Both the position numbers and the translations under genes were made by a program. From the NCBI GenBank assembly GCA_963665665.1, contig OY762428.1:768001-832000 (forward strand): DNA of 64,000 nucleotides, read 5' to 3'. This document shows positions 39,118 through 48,505 of this stretch, piece after piece. Under the pieces are notes generated by a model. The model saw only the letters and a list, made by a program, of their open reading frames with translations, was not told the DNA's origin and searched no databases. The stretch is from Candidatus Kapaibacterium sp. Lineage in GTDB: Bacteria > Bacteroidota > Ignavibacteria > Kapaibacteriales > UBA2268. The stretch's first letter is position 1. Each line of letters opens with the position of its first letter.

Positions 39118-39867
39118 ATGAAAAAATTACTTCTATTATTCATTACACTGTTAGTATTTTCCTGTGATAACTCTACTGATAACAGTACTGCTGATATTGG
39201 CCTGATAGGACAGGTTATGTTCAGAACCCAAAGAACTGCCGACAACGGGCAAAAAATAGGTAAATATTTTAACAATGACGGAACAGCAGGGATAAAGGTT
39301 GAACTTATCAGCGGCGATGAGGTTGTTGCAACTACAACTACAAAAGAATCCGATACAATTGATTGTATGTTCGTTTTCAATGATGTGCAAACGGATGTGG
39401 AATATAGGATTAAAGCTTCAATAGCTGATGATATTTACAAAGAGACGGAACCTTTTACTATTAGCGATTCGGATATTTTCGAAGAGGATAAGGAAAGTTT
39501 TTATAGCAAGTTCTCGATTGTGCCTGAATGGTTTGAAAAGGGGGCTTATTATCTGAGAATGATGGAGTATAATCATTCCAATCTTGTTTTTGATCTATAT
39601 GAAAATGATATCAATTTCTTGATTTATCCCCAGCCTGTTAATCAATACACCAATGTTGTATTTGAAGTTCCTGAAACAAATACTTGTGTCCTTGAGATTA
39701 CAACAATTCTGATGGAACCGGTAAAAGTAATTGCCAATGAGATACTTGAAAAGGGATTTCATCAAATTTCAGTAGATGCTTCTGATATTTCAGATGGAAT
39801 TTATATCCTAAGATTAACAATTGACGATGAAAAATATTATTATTCTTTCAGAAAATATTCTTTGTAA
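39118..39867 (+). CDS. Lipoprotein with T9SS-CTD/FlgD-like C-terminal domain
   Basis: VFSC-DN lipobox; IYPQPV...GFHQISVDASDISDGIYILRL. Confidence 0.75.
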   Translation: MKKLLLLFITLLVFSCDNSTDNSTADIGLIGQVMFRTQRTADNGQKIGKYFNNDGTAGIKVELISGDEVVATTTTKESDTIDCMFVFNDVQTDVEYRIKASIADDIYKETEPFTISDSDIFEEDKESFYSKFSIVPEWFEKGAYYLRMMEYNHSNLVFDLYENDINFLIYPQPVNQYTNVVFEVPETNTCVLEITTILMEPVKVIANEILEKGFHQISVDASDISDGIYILRLTIDDEKYYYSFRKYSL

Positions 39868-39974
39868 ATGAAATATTCAATAAATCGGGCTTTTATCCGG
39901 AAAACGGGGTTCAGAAATCTGTTTGAACATTGTTCGGAATCCTGGTATATAATTAATAAGGAAAATAATTAAAC

Positions 39975-40724
39975 ATGAAAAAAATACTACTGCTATTCAT
40001 TGCCCTGCTAATATATTCCTGCAATAGCGCAACTGAAAACGATGAACCCAAGACAAAACTGATAGGCGCAGTAACTTTCCGCATAATTCGAATTAATGAA
40101 ATCGGGCAAATGCTTGGGCGCTTCCTGCAGAAGACCGGAATTGACGGGGTAAAAGTTGAACTTTTGAGCGATTCCAGAGTAGTTGCCACCACATACACCC
40201 GGGAATCTGATTCCCTGGACTGTTTTTTTGTTTTCGACAATGTGGATAGCGGAGTGGAATACAGGATAAAAGCATCCCTGGACGATAATATTTTCAGTAT
40301 AACAGACCCATTTACAATAGCAGAAAACGAAACGGGCGAGCAAAATAAAGACAGCATCAGAAAAATTCTCGGTTTCGCACCCGAATGGTTTAAAAGCGGT
40401 ATCTATTATATGGATATATTAAAGAATTATCAGAACAACCTTGTTATAGACGCTTATAACGAAGATATTCATTTCTTCGCTTTTCCACAGCCACTTAGCA
40501 ATAAAGGAACAATTTTTTTCGAAATGCCCGAAACGGATGAATGCAAAATGGAAATTTTAAATCACAGATTTGAAAGTGTCAGAATAATTTTCAGAGGAAT
40601 ATTGGAATCCGGAAACCATACTTTTTCTTTCGATGCCGCTGATATTGACGAAGGTTTCTATTTAATGCATTATTCTTATGGCGAAAACAACAAATATTTC
40701 CCTATGTCTGTAAAAAGGAATTAA
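39975..40724 (+). CDS. Paralogous lipoprotein with T9SS-CTD/FlgD-like domain
   Basis: IYSC lipobox; shares G.KVEL.S...VVATT.T.ESD..DC.FVF..V...VEYRIKAS and PEWF..G.YY with the upstream gene. Confidence 0.75.
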   Translation: MKKILLLFIALLIYSCNSATENDEPKTKLIGAVTFRIIRINEIGQMLGRFLQKTGIDGVKVELLSDSRVVATTYTRESDSLDCFFVFDNVDSGVEYRIKASLDDNIFSITDPFTIAENETGEQNKDSIRKILGFAPEWFKSGIYYMDILKNYQNNLVIDAYNEDIHFFAFPQPLSNKGTIFFEMPETDECKMEILNHRFESVRIIFRGILESGNHTFSFDAADIDEGFYLMHYSYGENNKYFPMSVKRN

Positions 40725-40725
40725 T

Positions 40726-41277
40726 ATGAAGAAAGAATTTCCGGCATTCGAAACCCAAAGGCTGATTCTCAGGGAATTCAGCCATCAGGATAAGGATATT
40801 ATTCATGATATACGTTCTAACCCGTCTATGATGAAGTACATGAACCGTCCGTTGCACAAAAATTTACAGGAAACAATAGATTTTATTGATAATTCAATAC
40901 GTGGTTTCTACGATTCCACTGGAATTAACTGGAGTATTGAAATGAAGGACAGCGGTATTGCAGCAGGATATATCGGCCTTTGGCGTATTGACCGTGATAA
41001 TAATATCGGCGAAACGGGTTTTGCAATACATCCGGACTTTCGTGGGAAAAAGATAATCGGAGAAGCAATGCTTCCTGTTATTGAATATGGCTTCAACCGT
41101 GAAAAACTTAATAAGATTATAGCTGATGTTGATCCTGAAAATATTCCCTGCCGCAGGATATTGGAAAAACATAATTTCACGGCAGAAGCACATCTGCGGG
41201 ACAATATATTTTTCCTAAGCAAATATTTCGATAGTATTATATATGGTTTGCTTAAAAGAGACTGGAAACAGTTATAA
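40726..41277 (+). CDS. GNAT acetyltransferase (RimJ/RimL-like)
   Basis: ET.RLILR, GETGF.IHP.FRGK, N.P.RRILEK..F..E. Confidence 0.9.
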   Translation: MKKEFPAFETQRLILREFSHQDKDIIHDIRSNPSMMKYMNRPLHKNLQETIDFIDNSIRGFYDSTGINWSIEMKDSGIAAGYIGLWRIDRDNNIGETGFAIHPDFRGKKIIGEAMLPVIEYGFNREKLNKIIADVDPENIPCRRILEKHNFTAEAHLRDNIFFLSKYFDSIIYGLLKRDWKQL

Positions 41278-41283
41278 TTTAGT

Positions 41284-42267
41284 TCAATCCTTATTACTCT
41301 TTTTAATAAACACCCTGAGAAGGCTTTCAATTTCTTTGGCACTGGAAAGATTATTTGTTCCCAGCAGGGAAGTACTATTTCCGGAAGCTGATCTGGAATG
41401 TTCATGCTCTGTTTCTTCGTCCTGTTTGGCATACATCAGGGTAGTGGCATAGGTTATCAGAAGCGAGAACTCCAGCCCAAGGGCAAAAAGAACCAGTGAA
41501 GGCTGTGTGGGAGGAATAAATTTTAACCCTCTAAGCCCGATAATAATAATCAGAACAGCAGCACCGATATACACAAAACCAAGTACGGCATTGTTGTATT
41601 TCACGGTAAAGTATGAATGCATGTATATTCCCAGCCCGTCACGAACATGAATTATTTTGTATAAAAGTGAGCCATTATACCACTTCAGTGCTTTCTGTAA
41701 TATTTTCAATTCCTCTACATTAATATTCCATATCTCTTCATAATCATAAAGGTCGCGAATATCAGCATTGATTATTTCATCTGCAAGTTCATCATGATAT
41801 TCTTCAGAATAAAAGCCGTCACGTGAAATAAGAATTTTGTCCAGGAAGTTGGTTATTTCGCGCTGTATCTTCTGATTCATGTATCCAATACTACGGGGAA
41901 GCAAAGCTGAAACAGAAACACCACAGGCAATAGACAAAAGCGAAACCGGAACAAAAACTGCAAGGATTGGATTAAACCAATATCTTCCTTCGGACGGAGT
42001 ATTAACATAGATATCAACAGCCCAGGAAAAAAGCCAGTCAGTTCGGGATTTCGGATCGGGATATTCAAGGCTTTTGCCAAGAATTTCTCCGGAATGGAAT
42101 ACTCTGCCGTCAAGAAAATCCCTGAAGAAGCCTTCCAAACCAACAATAATAATATTAAAAATTATTATTGCGAATATTAGTATAACAACAAAGAAAACTA
42201 TTACCTGGATGGAATTATGTTCGCTGAGTTCAAAATAAGATTTCCTGCCTGACTGATTTGATACCAT
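41284..42267 (-). CDS. 4-TM membrane protein with a GldL/PorL-like C-terminal helix pair
   Basis: Four hydrophobic segments; YIGAAVLIIIIGLRGLKF...LGLEFSLL resembles GldL TM1-TM2. Confidence 0.6.
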   Translation of the reverse strand: MVSNQSGRKSYFELSEHNSIQVIVFFVVILIFAIIIFNIIIVGLEGFFRDFLDGRVFHSGEILGKSLEYPDPKSRTDWLFSWAVDIYVNTPSEGRYWFNPILAVFVPVSLLSIACGVSVSALLPRSIGYMNQKIQREITNFLDKILISRDGFYSEEYHDELADEIINADIRDLYDYEEIWNINVEELKILQKALKWYNGSLLYKIIHVRDGLGIYMHSYFTVKYNNAVLGFVYIGAAVLIIIIGLRGLKFIPPTQPSLVLFALGLEFSLLITYATTLMYAKQDEETEHEHSRSASGNSTSLLGTNNLSSAKEIESLLRVFIKKSNKD

Positions 42268-42374
42268 AACAACCCGGAATATTACAAACAAAAGTTAATG
42301 CAAAATACAAAAAAACAAACGTATTTATTCCATTAGTAGGAAAAAATCCTAAAAAAATGACAGCAAATTATACA

Positions 42375-43013
42375 TTACTTTTTGGTTTTTAAAAGAAGTT
42401 TTTTAATTGATTCAATATTTTTCTTTTCATCTTCCTGGTAGTGCTGAAGGAGCCGTCCTTTATCAACCTTGGGTTTATCTGAGTCTTTTGCGGAAGGTTC
42501 GGACGAAACATCTTCATTATCAATTCCGCTTATACGGTTTTCGGGTTGTTGAAAAGGTGTTTTAATAACATCATCACCATAGAACTGCGTTTCGGTATCG
42601 ACATCTTCGCCCCTTTTAATCATGTCGAGAGCTTCTCTGCCGTATATATTAACAAGTTTTTCGTAAATGGTGGCTTTTGTGAATGGTTTGGAAATAAACC
42701 CGGCAGTACCGCTTTTCACTGCCAGCCCGAGATTTTCCACATCCGAAAGGGCAGACACCATTAAAACGGGTATATCGCGCGTAGCTTTTATTTTCTTCAG
42801 TATTTTTAAGGATATATGCCCGGAAAGTTCCGGCATAAGAATATCCAGAATTATGAGTGAAGGCTCGTGTTCAACAGCCAGGGCTATACCGTCAAAACCG
42901 TTTGATGCCAGGTAGGCAGGCTTGAACCCGTAGCTTTGCAGTGTTTTTGATAATATTCGCTGCATCCATATATCATCATCGATTATTAGAACCGAGTGTT
43001 CCTTCATTTTCAA
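42375..43013 (-). CDS. Response regulator receiver protein with low-complexity tail
   Basis: LIIDDD, LDILMPELSG, PVLMVSA, FISKPF. Confidence 0.9.
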   Translation of the reverse strand: MKMKEHSVLIIDDDIWMQRILSKTLQSYGFKPAYLASNGFDGIALAVEHEPSLIILDILMPELSGHISLKILKKIKATRDIPVLMVSALSDVENLGLAVKSGTAGFISKPFTKATIYEKLVNIYGREALDMIKRGEDVDTETQFYGDDVIKTPFQQPENRISGIDNEDVSSEPSAKDSDKPKVDKGRLLQHYQEDEKKNIESIKKLLLKTKK

Positions 43014-43032
43014 TTCCAGATAATTTTTAAAA

Positions 43033-43326
43033 TCATTTTTTCTGCCCCGTACTGATAACTGATCCCGGCGTTAATTTCGAGTTTGTTTCATCCGGAAACT
43101 GCATTGCCGATTCGGACATTGCAGTTTTCAAGGCTGAAAGGTCAGTTTTCGAAGCCTGAGTATTAAGTTCAATAATTCTGTCGTAAACTTCTTTCCGGTG
43201 AACCGGTACTGATTTAGGTGCCTCGATTCCCAGCCTGACAACACCGCGGTCGAAACTTAAGACCCTGACGGTAACAGATGACCCTATTGTTATTACTTCT
43301 CCTATCTTCCTTGATAAAACCAGCAT
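43033..43326 (-). CDS. csrA: Carbon storage regulator CsrA
   Basis: MLVLSRKIGE.I.IG, VRLGIEAP.SVPVHRKEVY; C-terminal extension typical of FliW-binding CsrA. Confidence 0.95.
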   Translation of the reverse strand: MLVLSRKIGEVITIGSSVTVRVLSFDRGVVRLGIEAPKSVPVHRKEVYDRIIELNTQASKTDLSALKTAMSESAMQFPDETNSKLTPGSVISTGQKK

Positions 43327-43401
43327 CTATGCTAATCCTAAATTTGTTAAAAACTCCGGGAACAACCCTTTTCTGATAACATATCAAAAACAATACCAGT
43401 T

Positions 43402-43833
43402 TTAAGCATCTCTTTTAGGTATCACAAAATCCGGAGAGTACCTGTCTTTTGGCAAAACCGTCTGAAGGCCTGACTGATCAACAACATCAAGAATAATAGG
43501 CGCTTTCATGTTTGCAGTCATTAATCCTCTTGAATTTTCAAGGGTAACAACAACAAAGAGCACTTTCCTGTCCAGGTTGAATTTTTTACCAGGATTATAT
43601 GTCAGATCAATATGCCAGGGGCTTAGAAGAGGGAAACCAATTTCCGGCTGATCGATAGAAATCAGCCATTTAAACGGCAGGGTTTCTTCTTCCGCGATTA
43701 GAACGAAATGCTGTAATGTTTCAAAGCCAAGAAGGCCAGTCTCGAAAGTAAAAATGTGGCGCTGTTCGACTTCTATTTCGCCGAACTGAGACGTCCTGAT
43801 GCGCCTTATTCCTGTTTTTTCATTAACTTCCAT
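43402..43833 (-). CDS. fliW: Flagellar assembly factor FliW
   Basis: T.QFGEIEV, F..GLLGFE, PF.WL.S, TANMKAPII; adjacent to csrA. Confidence 0.92.
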   Translation of the reverse strand: MEVNEKTGIRRIRTSQFGEIEVEQRHIFTFETGLLGFETLQHFVLIAEEETLPFKWLISIDQPEIGFPLLSPWHIDLTYNPGKKFNLDRKVLFVVVTLENSRGLMTANMKAPIILDVVDQSGLQTVLPKDRYSPDFVIPKRDA

Positions 43834-43945
43834 AACTCAAATGCCTGTTATTATTTATCACCGGAGTAAAAATACTTCCGCCGGAATATAATGTATGTAA
43901 TTTATTAATCTTTTCAAAAGATTTATTCAATTGTCAAATTTTTAA

Positions 43946-44740
43946 TTATCCAGTAGAATCATTCCGTTTCAAAGAATCATTTTCATCAGCATATCCCCTT
44001 GTAGATGGAACATTGCCGGGAATTTCGCTAATGGTAACTTCCACCCTTCTGTTTTTCGACTTGCCGGCAGCATCATTATTTTCTGCTATCGGCCTTTGTG
44101 AACCAAAGCCGCGTATGCTCATATTTCTTTCCGGCACACCGCTTCTTATCAATGTATAAGCTACATTGGTAGCTCTGGCAACTGAAAGATGCCAATTAGA
44201 TTCGTACCTGAATGTTCTTATCGGATCTGTATCAGTATGGCCGTCAACGGCAATCTGTTTGTCAATTCCGCTTAAAACCCTGGCAAGAGTATCCAGAATA
44301 AACCTTCCTGCAGGCTCAATTTCAGCTTTTGCGGATTTGAAAAGCAATTTTTCCGGCAGGGTGAGAACAAAATTTCCGTTACCTCTTGTCATGGAAATTG
44401 TACCGTTATCAATGTACGAACTGAGTGCTTTTTTCGTTTCTTCAACAATTTCATCCACACTTACTTTCGATCCGCTTTGAAAGATCGGTTCAGGAAGTCC
44501 GTTCTTTTGTCCTTCCAAAAGCCCGTCGCCTCCCTCAAGAACCCCGGCACCTGTTTTAAAATACTGAGCCATGGCAGCAGAAAACTCACTGTACTTTTCC
44601 TGATCCACCTGCGAAGCAGCGTAAAGTATAACAAACAGGCCCAATAGCAGTGTTATTAAATCGGCATAAGTAATCAGATACCTGTCGGTTCCGGAATTAT
44701 GTTCTTCATCGCTTAAATCATGTGTTTTTCTTTTTTTCAA
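43946..44740 (-). CDS. motB: Flagellar stator protein MotB
   Basis: YLITYADLITLLLGLFVILYA plug/TM with conserved Asp; OmpA domain GHTD..P...SNW.LS..RA, NRRVE. Confidence 0.9.
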   Translation of the reverse strand: MKKRKTHDLSDEEHNSGTDRYLITYADLITLLLGLFVILYAASQVDQEKYSEFSAAMAQYFKTGAGVLEGGDGLLEGQKNGLPEPIFQSGSKVSVDEIVEETKKALSSYIDNGTISMTRGNGNFVLTLPEKLLFKSAKAEIEPAGRFILDTLARVLSGIDKQIAVDGHTDTDPIRTFRYESNWHLSVARATNVAYTLIRSGVPERNMSIRGFGSQRPIAENNDAAGKSKNRRVEVTISEIPGNVPSTRGYADENDSLKRNDSTG

Positions 44741-44996
44741 TCCGTTACTCAGTATATGCTACATATAATCAACGCCGATACGCCCTGCCAGATATTTCAT
44801 ACCAAAAGAATATTAATAAAAACATTCCAATGGGACAAATTTTAATTCGGGTGCAAAATAAAAAAATTTTCAAAAAACGTTCATAATTCTTTCTTTCCAT
44901 TTTTAATTATCGGTATTTTTTAAAAAATCTTGCGTTATTATTTTGCAATTGTATCAATATCTTTTCCACATGAATAATTTTGGTATAACAAAACTG

Positions 44997-45031
44997 AAAA
45001 ACCCCATGCGGTACTGAAGACTGCATGGGGT
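44997..45031 (-). terminator. Intrinsic terminator after the repeat lipoprotein
   Basis: accccatgcggt-loop-actgcatggggt with a T-tract on the minus strand. Confidence 0.75.
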
Positions 45032-45055
45032 AATATCTTCATTATTATTAATTGT

Positions 45056-47614
45056 TTAATTCTTTTCCATCCGGATAGTTTCTTTCAATGTTATACACTT
45101 TTCAAACCTGAATTCTACTGTTTTCGCCTGGTAACCATCATATTCTAATACCACACGATAAACTGCCGGCGCTGTAAGGCCGTCGAATATAACAACTCCG
45201 TCGTTGTTTGAAATCAAATCTTCAATAATCCTTTCGCCACTATAAATAATTACTTTTACTCCGCCCAGAGCACGTGACGATTCTGCATCTTTGATAATCA
45301 ATTTCAATATAGCATCATCGCAAGGTTCGCCATTGGACTTTTCCATTAATTTCACAGGATCAATCACTTCATTGCAACCTATCCTGACTTCAAATTCAAC
45401 GTCCTGATATCCTTCGGCAATTATCTCGACTACATAGCTTCCTTCACATACATCTTCGAAAAGAGCGTAACTTTCGCCACAGACAGCATCAGCAATAACA
45501 TTACCTGAATGCCATAACTTTACTTCCGCCCCTTTTATTACGGTCTTTGTTTCAGCATCCTTTGGAACAATATATATCTTGCCGTCACAGCAGGAATCTT
45601 TCTCCGATGTCCTGACAAGTTCCTTTACTATTTCCTTTTCTTTATTACAACCAAGTTCTATTGCAAATTCTATGTGCTTGTAACCCTCGGCCATTATATC
45701 AACACCATATTTACCCTCGCAAAGGTCAGTAAACAGTACCATGCCGTTCTCGGTATATTTGGTTTCAAGCTCTTTTCCGTCCTGCCATAATACTACTTTG
45801 GCATTATTTATTTTCTCGCCGGTGCGGCTGTCTTTGGCTAATATATATATCTTGCCGTCGCAGCAGGAATCTTTCTCCGATGTCCGAACAAGTTCCTTAA
45901 CTATTTCCTTTTCTTTATTACAACCAAGTTCTGTTGCAAATTCTATGTGCTGGTATCCTTCGGCCATTATATCAACACCATATTTACCTTCGCAAAGGTC
46001 AGTAAACAGTACCATGCCGTTCTCGGTATATTTGGTTTCAAGCTCTTTTCCGTCCTGCCATAATACTACTTTGGCATTATTTATTTTCTCGCCGGTTCGA
46101 CTGTCTTTAGTTATTATATATATCTTGCCGTCGCAGCAGGAATCTTTCTCTGATGTCCTGACAAGTTCCTTAACTATTTCTTTTTCTTTATTACAGCCAA
46201 GTTCTATTGCAAATTCAATGTGCTTATATCCCTCGGCCATGATATCAACCCAGTAATTACCCTCGCAAAGGTCAGTAAACAGTACCATGCCGTTCTCGGT
46301 ATATTTGGTTTCAAGCTCTTTTCCGTCCTGCCATAATACTACTTTGGCATTATTTATTTTCTCGCCGGTGCGGCTGTCTTTGGCTAATATATATATCTTG
46401 CCGTCGCAGCAGGAATCTTTCTCCGATGTCCGAACAAGTTCCTTAACTATTTCCTTTTCTTTATTACAACCAAGTTCTGTTGCAAATTCTATGTGCTGGT
46501 ATCCTTCGGCCATTATATCAACACCATATTTACCTTCGCAAAGGTCAGTAAACAGTACCATGCCGTTCTCGGTATATTTGGTTTCAAGCTCTTTTCCGTC
46601 CTGCCATAATACTACTTTGGCATTATTTATTTTCTCGCCGGTTCGACTGTCTTTAGTTATTATATATATCTTGCCGTCGCAGCAGGAATCTTTCTCTGAT
46701 GTCCTGACAAGTTCCTTAACTATTTCTTTTTCTTTATTACAGCCAAGTTCTATTGCAAATTCAATGTGCTTATATCCCTCGGCCATGATATCAACCCAGT
46801 AATTACCCTCGCAAAGGTCAGTAAACAGCACCATGCCGTTCTCGGTATATTTGGTTTCAAGCTCTTTTCCGTCCTGCCATAATATAATTTTAGCACGATT
46901 TATCTTCTCGCCGGTTCGACTGTCTTTAGTTATTATATATATCTTGCCGTCGCAGCAGGAATCCTTGTATTCATTACTTGAAAGTGTAAAATCTTTTGCA
47001 ACAGTATCACATTTTCCAAGTTCAAACTGAGTTTCAATTACTTTATAACCGTCTTTTGCAATTCTTATCCAGTAATTTGCAGAACAGAGGCTGTCAAACC
47101 TGATATAACCGTTATCATTTGTATTACCCTCTGCTATTATAACATCCTCCAACCCTATCCTGACATTTGCATTGCCGACCTTTTCTTTCTCCATGTTGCC
47201 GACATTTATTTCAACAACAGAACAGCAATCATCATCTTCAGCTCTTGAATCAACCAGGGTTATCAGAAGATTCTCTGTTTGTTTGTCATCGCCGCTTATA
47301 TCGCTCAGGCTGGAATTAAACGGATCATGGCCATCAGCCTGAACTTTAATCGTAACAGAAGCAAATGTTTCAGGAATATTCATCAATTCGAAATTCCCTT
47401 CATCATCAGTTGTATCCCTGTCAATTAAATTATTAGCAGCTCCATAAGCTTCAATTACTGCTCCGCCAATAAATTTTCCGGAAGTACTTTTTATCTTACC
47501 GCTAATCGTTTGCAGGCTGCTGACGGAATCCGTTGAATTATCGCAGGCCCAAAAGGACAGTACTATAATTAACAGAAGAGCTCCTATATATTTTATCTTG
47601 TTAAAAGTTTTCAT
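45056..47614 (-). CDS. Lipoprotein with tandem Cys-rich 91-aa carboxypeptidase-regulatory-like (prealbumin-fold) repeats
   Basis: FWAC lipobox; five near-identical DSCCDGKIYI...GCNKEKEIVKEL units plus diverged flanking units. Confidence 0.85.
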   Translation of the reverse strand: MKTFNKIKYIGALLLIIVLSFWACDNSTDSVSSLQTISGKIKSTSGKFIGGAVIEAYGAANNLIDRDTTDDEGNFELMNIPETFASVTIKVQADGHDPFNSSLSDISGDDKQTENLLITLVDSRAEDDDCCSVVEINVGNMEKEKVGNANVRIGLEDVIIAEGNTNDNGYIRFDSLCSANYWIRIAKDGYKVIETQFELGKCDTVAKDFTLSSNEYKDSCCDGKIYIITKDSRTGEKINRAKIILWQDGKELETKYTENGMVLFTDLCEGNYWVDIMAEGYKHIEFAIELGCNKEKEIVKELVRTSEKDSCCDGKIYIITKDSRTGEKINNAKVVLWQDGKELETKYTENGMVLFTDLCEGKYGVDIMAEGYQHIEFATELGCNKEKEIVKELVRTSEKDSCCDGKIYILAKDSRTGEKINNAKVVLWQDGKELETKYTENGMVLFTDLCEGNYWVDIMAEGYKHIEFAIELGCNKEKEIVKELVRTSEKDSCCDGKIYIITKDSRTGEKINNAKVVLWQDGKELETKYTENGMVLFTDLCEGKYGVDIMAEGYQHIEFATELGCNKEKEIVKELVRTSEKDSCCDGKIYILAKDSRTGEKINNAKVVLWQDGKELETKYTENGMVLFTDLCEGKYGVDIMAEGYKHIEFAIELGCNKEKEIVKELVRTSEKDSCCDGKIYIVPKDAETKTVIKGAEVKLWHSGNVIADAVCGESYALFEDVCEGSYVVEIIAEGYQDVEFEVRIGCNEVIDPVKLMEKSNGEPCDDAILKLIIKDAESSRALGGVKVIIYSGERIIEDLISNNDGVVIFDGLTAPAVYRVVLEYDGYQAKTVEFRFEKCITLKETIRMEKN
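45580..46965 (-). repeat. 273-bp coding tandem repeat (5 units) with 546-bp higher-order duplication
   Basis: Identical antisense ORFs at 45741-46256 and 46287-46802 (offset 546). Confidence 0.92.
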
Positions 47615-47950
47615 TATTTTGCTCCGAATGTTAAAGTTTATTAATTTAAAGCGACCCAATATTACTAACAGCTAATATAATAAAAGCTCACAAAATTCCC
47701 CTGATATTTAGCTAAGTTTTAAAAAAACGTATGAGTGTAATTATATAATTTAATTATTTACTATTTATACAAAAATAATAATGAAGAATGGGTTGTTTTT
47801 ATTAAAATAAATGTTATATTATGTTGTACGACATAATAAAATGATAAGCTTGGAAAATAATACTAACTTAATTCAAATATGACGGGCCGTGAAGATTTTA
47901 ATTAACGACATTTATGATCTTGCATTATATACTATTTCAGGAGATTATCA

Positions 47951-48490
47951 ATGGCTAAAAAAATTGATGAAAAAGAAGCAACTATGCTTCCTACTGCCGG
48001 AAACTTAGAACAAATCAGAGATATCCTTTTCGGTAAATCCATGCAGGAACTGGAGGAAAGATTCGTTAACCTTCAGGAATCATTGACTAATGAAATATCC
48101 GTCCTAAGGGACGATACAAAAAAAATGTTCAATACTCTTGAAACTTATGTTAAGGAAGAGCTCAACTCTTTCGGCCAGCAACTAAAAAGCGAATCCGATG
48201 AAAGAGAAGAATCTGATGAAAGAATTATCAGGGAAAAAGATACACTGGCAAAGAAATTCAATGCCTTCGAGAAGGAAACCACCCGGGTTCAAAGTGATAT
48301 AAGATCCCAGATTCTTGATCTTAACAAGAAATTTTCAGACGAACTTTCAGAAGCAAGGAAAGATCTTACCACGAACCTTAAAAAAGCACAGGCTGATTTG
48401 CAGAATAAGAAAACAGACCGTTCCAAACTTTCTTCACTTCTGACGGAAATGGCTTTAAGAATAAGCGACGATGATTCTGAAACAAATTAA
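47951..48490 (+). CDS. Coiled-coil protein
   Basis: NLEQIRDILFG...K.DR..L..LL.E.A; heptad-rich, first gene of the GTPase operon. Confidence 0.75.
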   Translation: MAKKIDEKEATMLPTAGNLEQIRDILFGKSMQELEERFVNLQESLTNEISVLRDDTKKMFNTLETYVKEELNSFGQQLKSESDEREESDERIIREKDTLAKKFNAFEKETTRVQSDIRSQILDLNKKFSDELSEARKDLTTNLKKAQADLQNKKTDRSKLSSLLTEMALRISDDDSETN

Positions 48491-48505
48491 TATTGCCAGG
48501 ATTCA

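Noticed and set aside
45741-46802. Two identical 171-aa plus-strand ORFs
   Set aside because: Antisense shadows of the repeat lipoprotein; useful only as evidence of the 546-bp duplication
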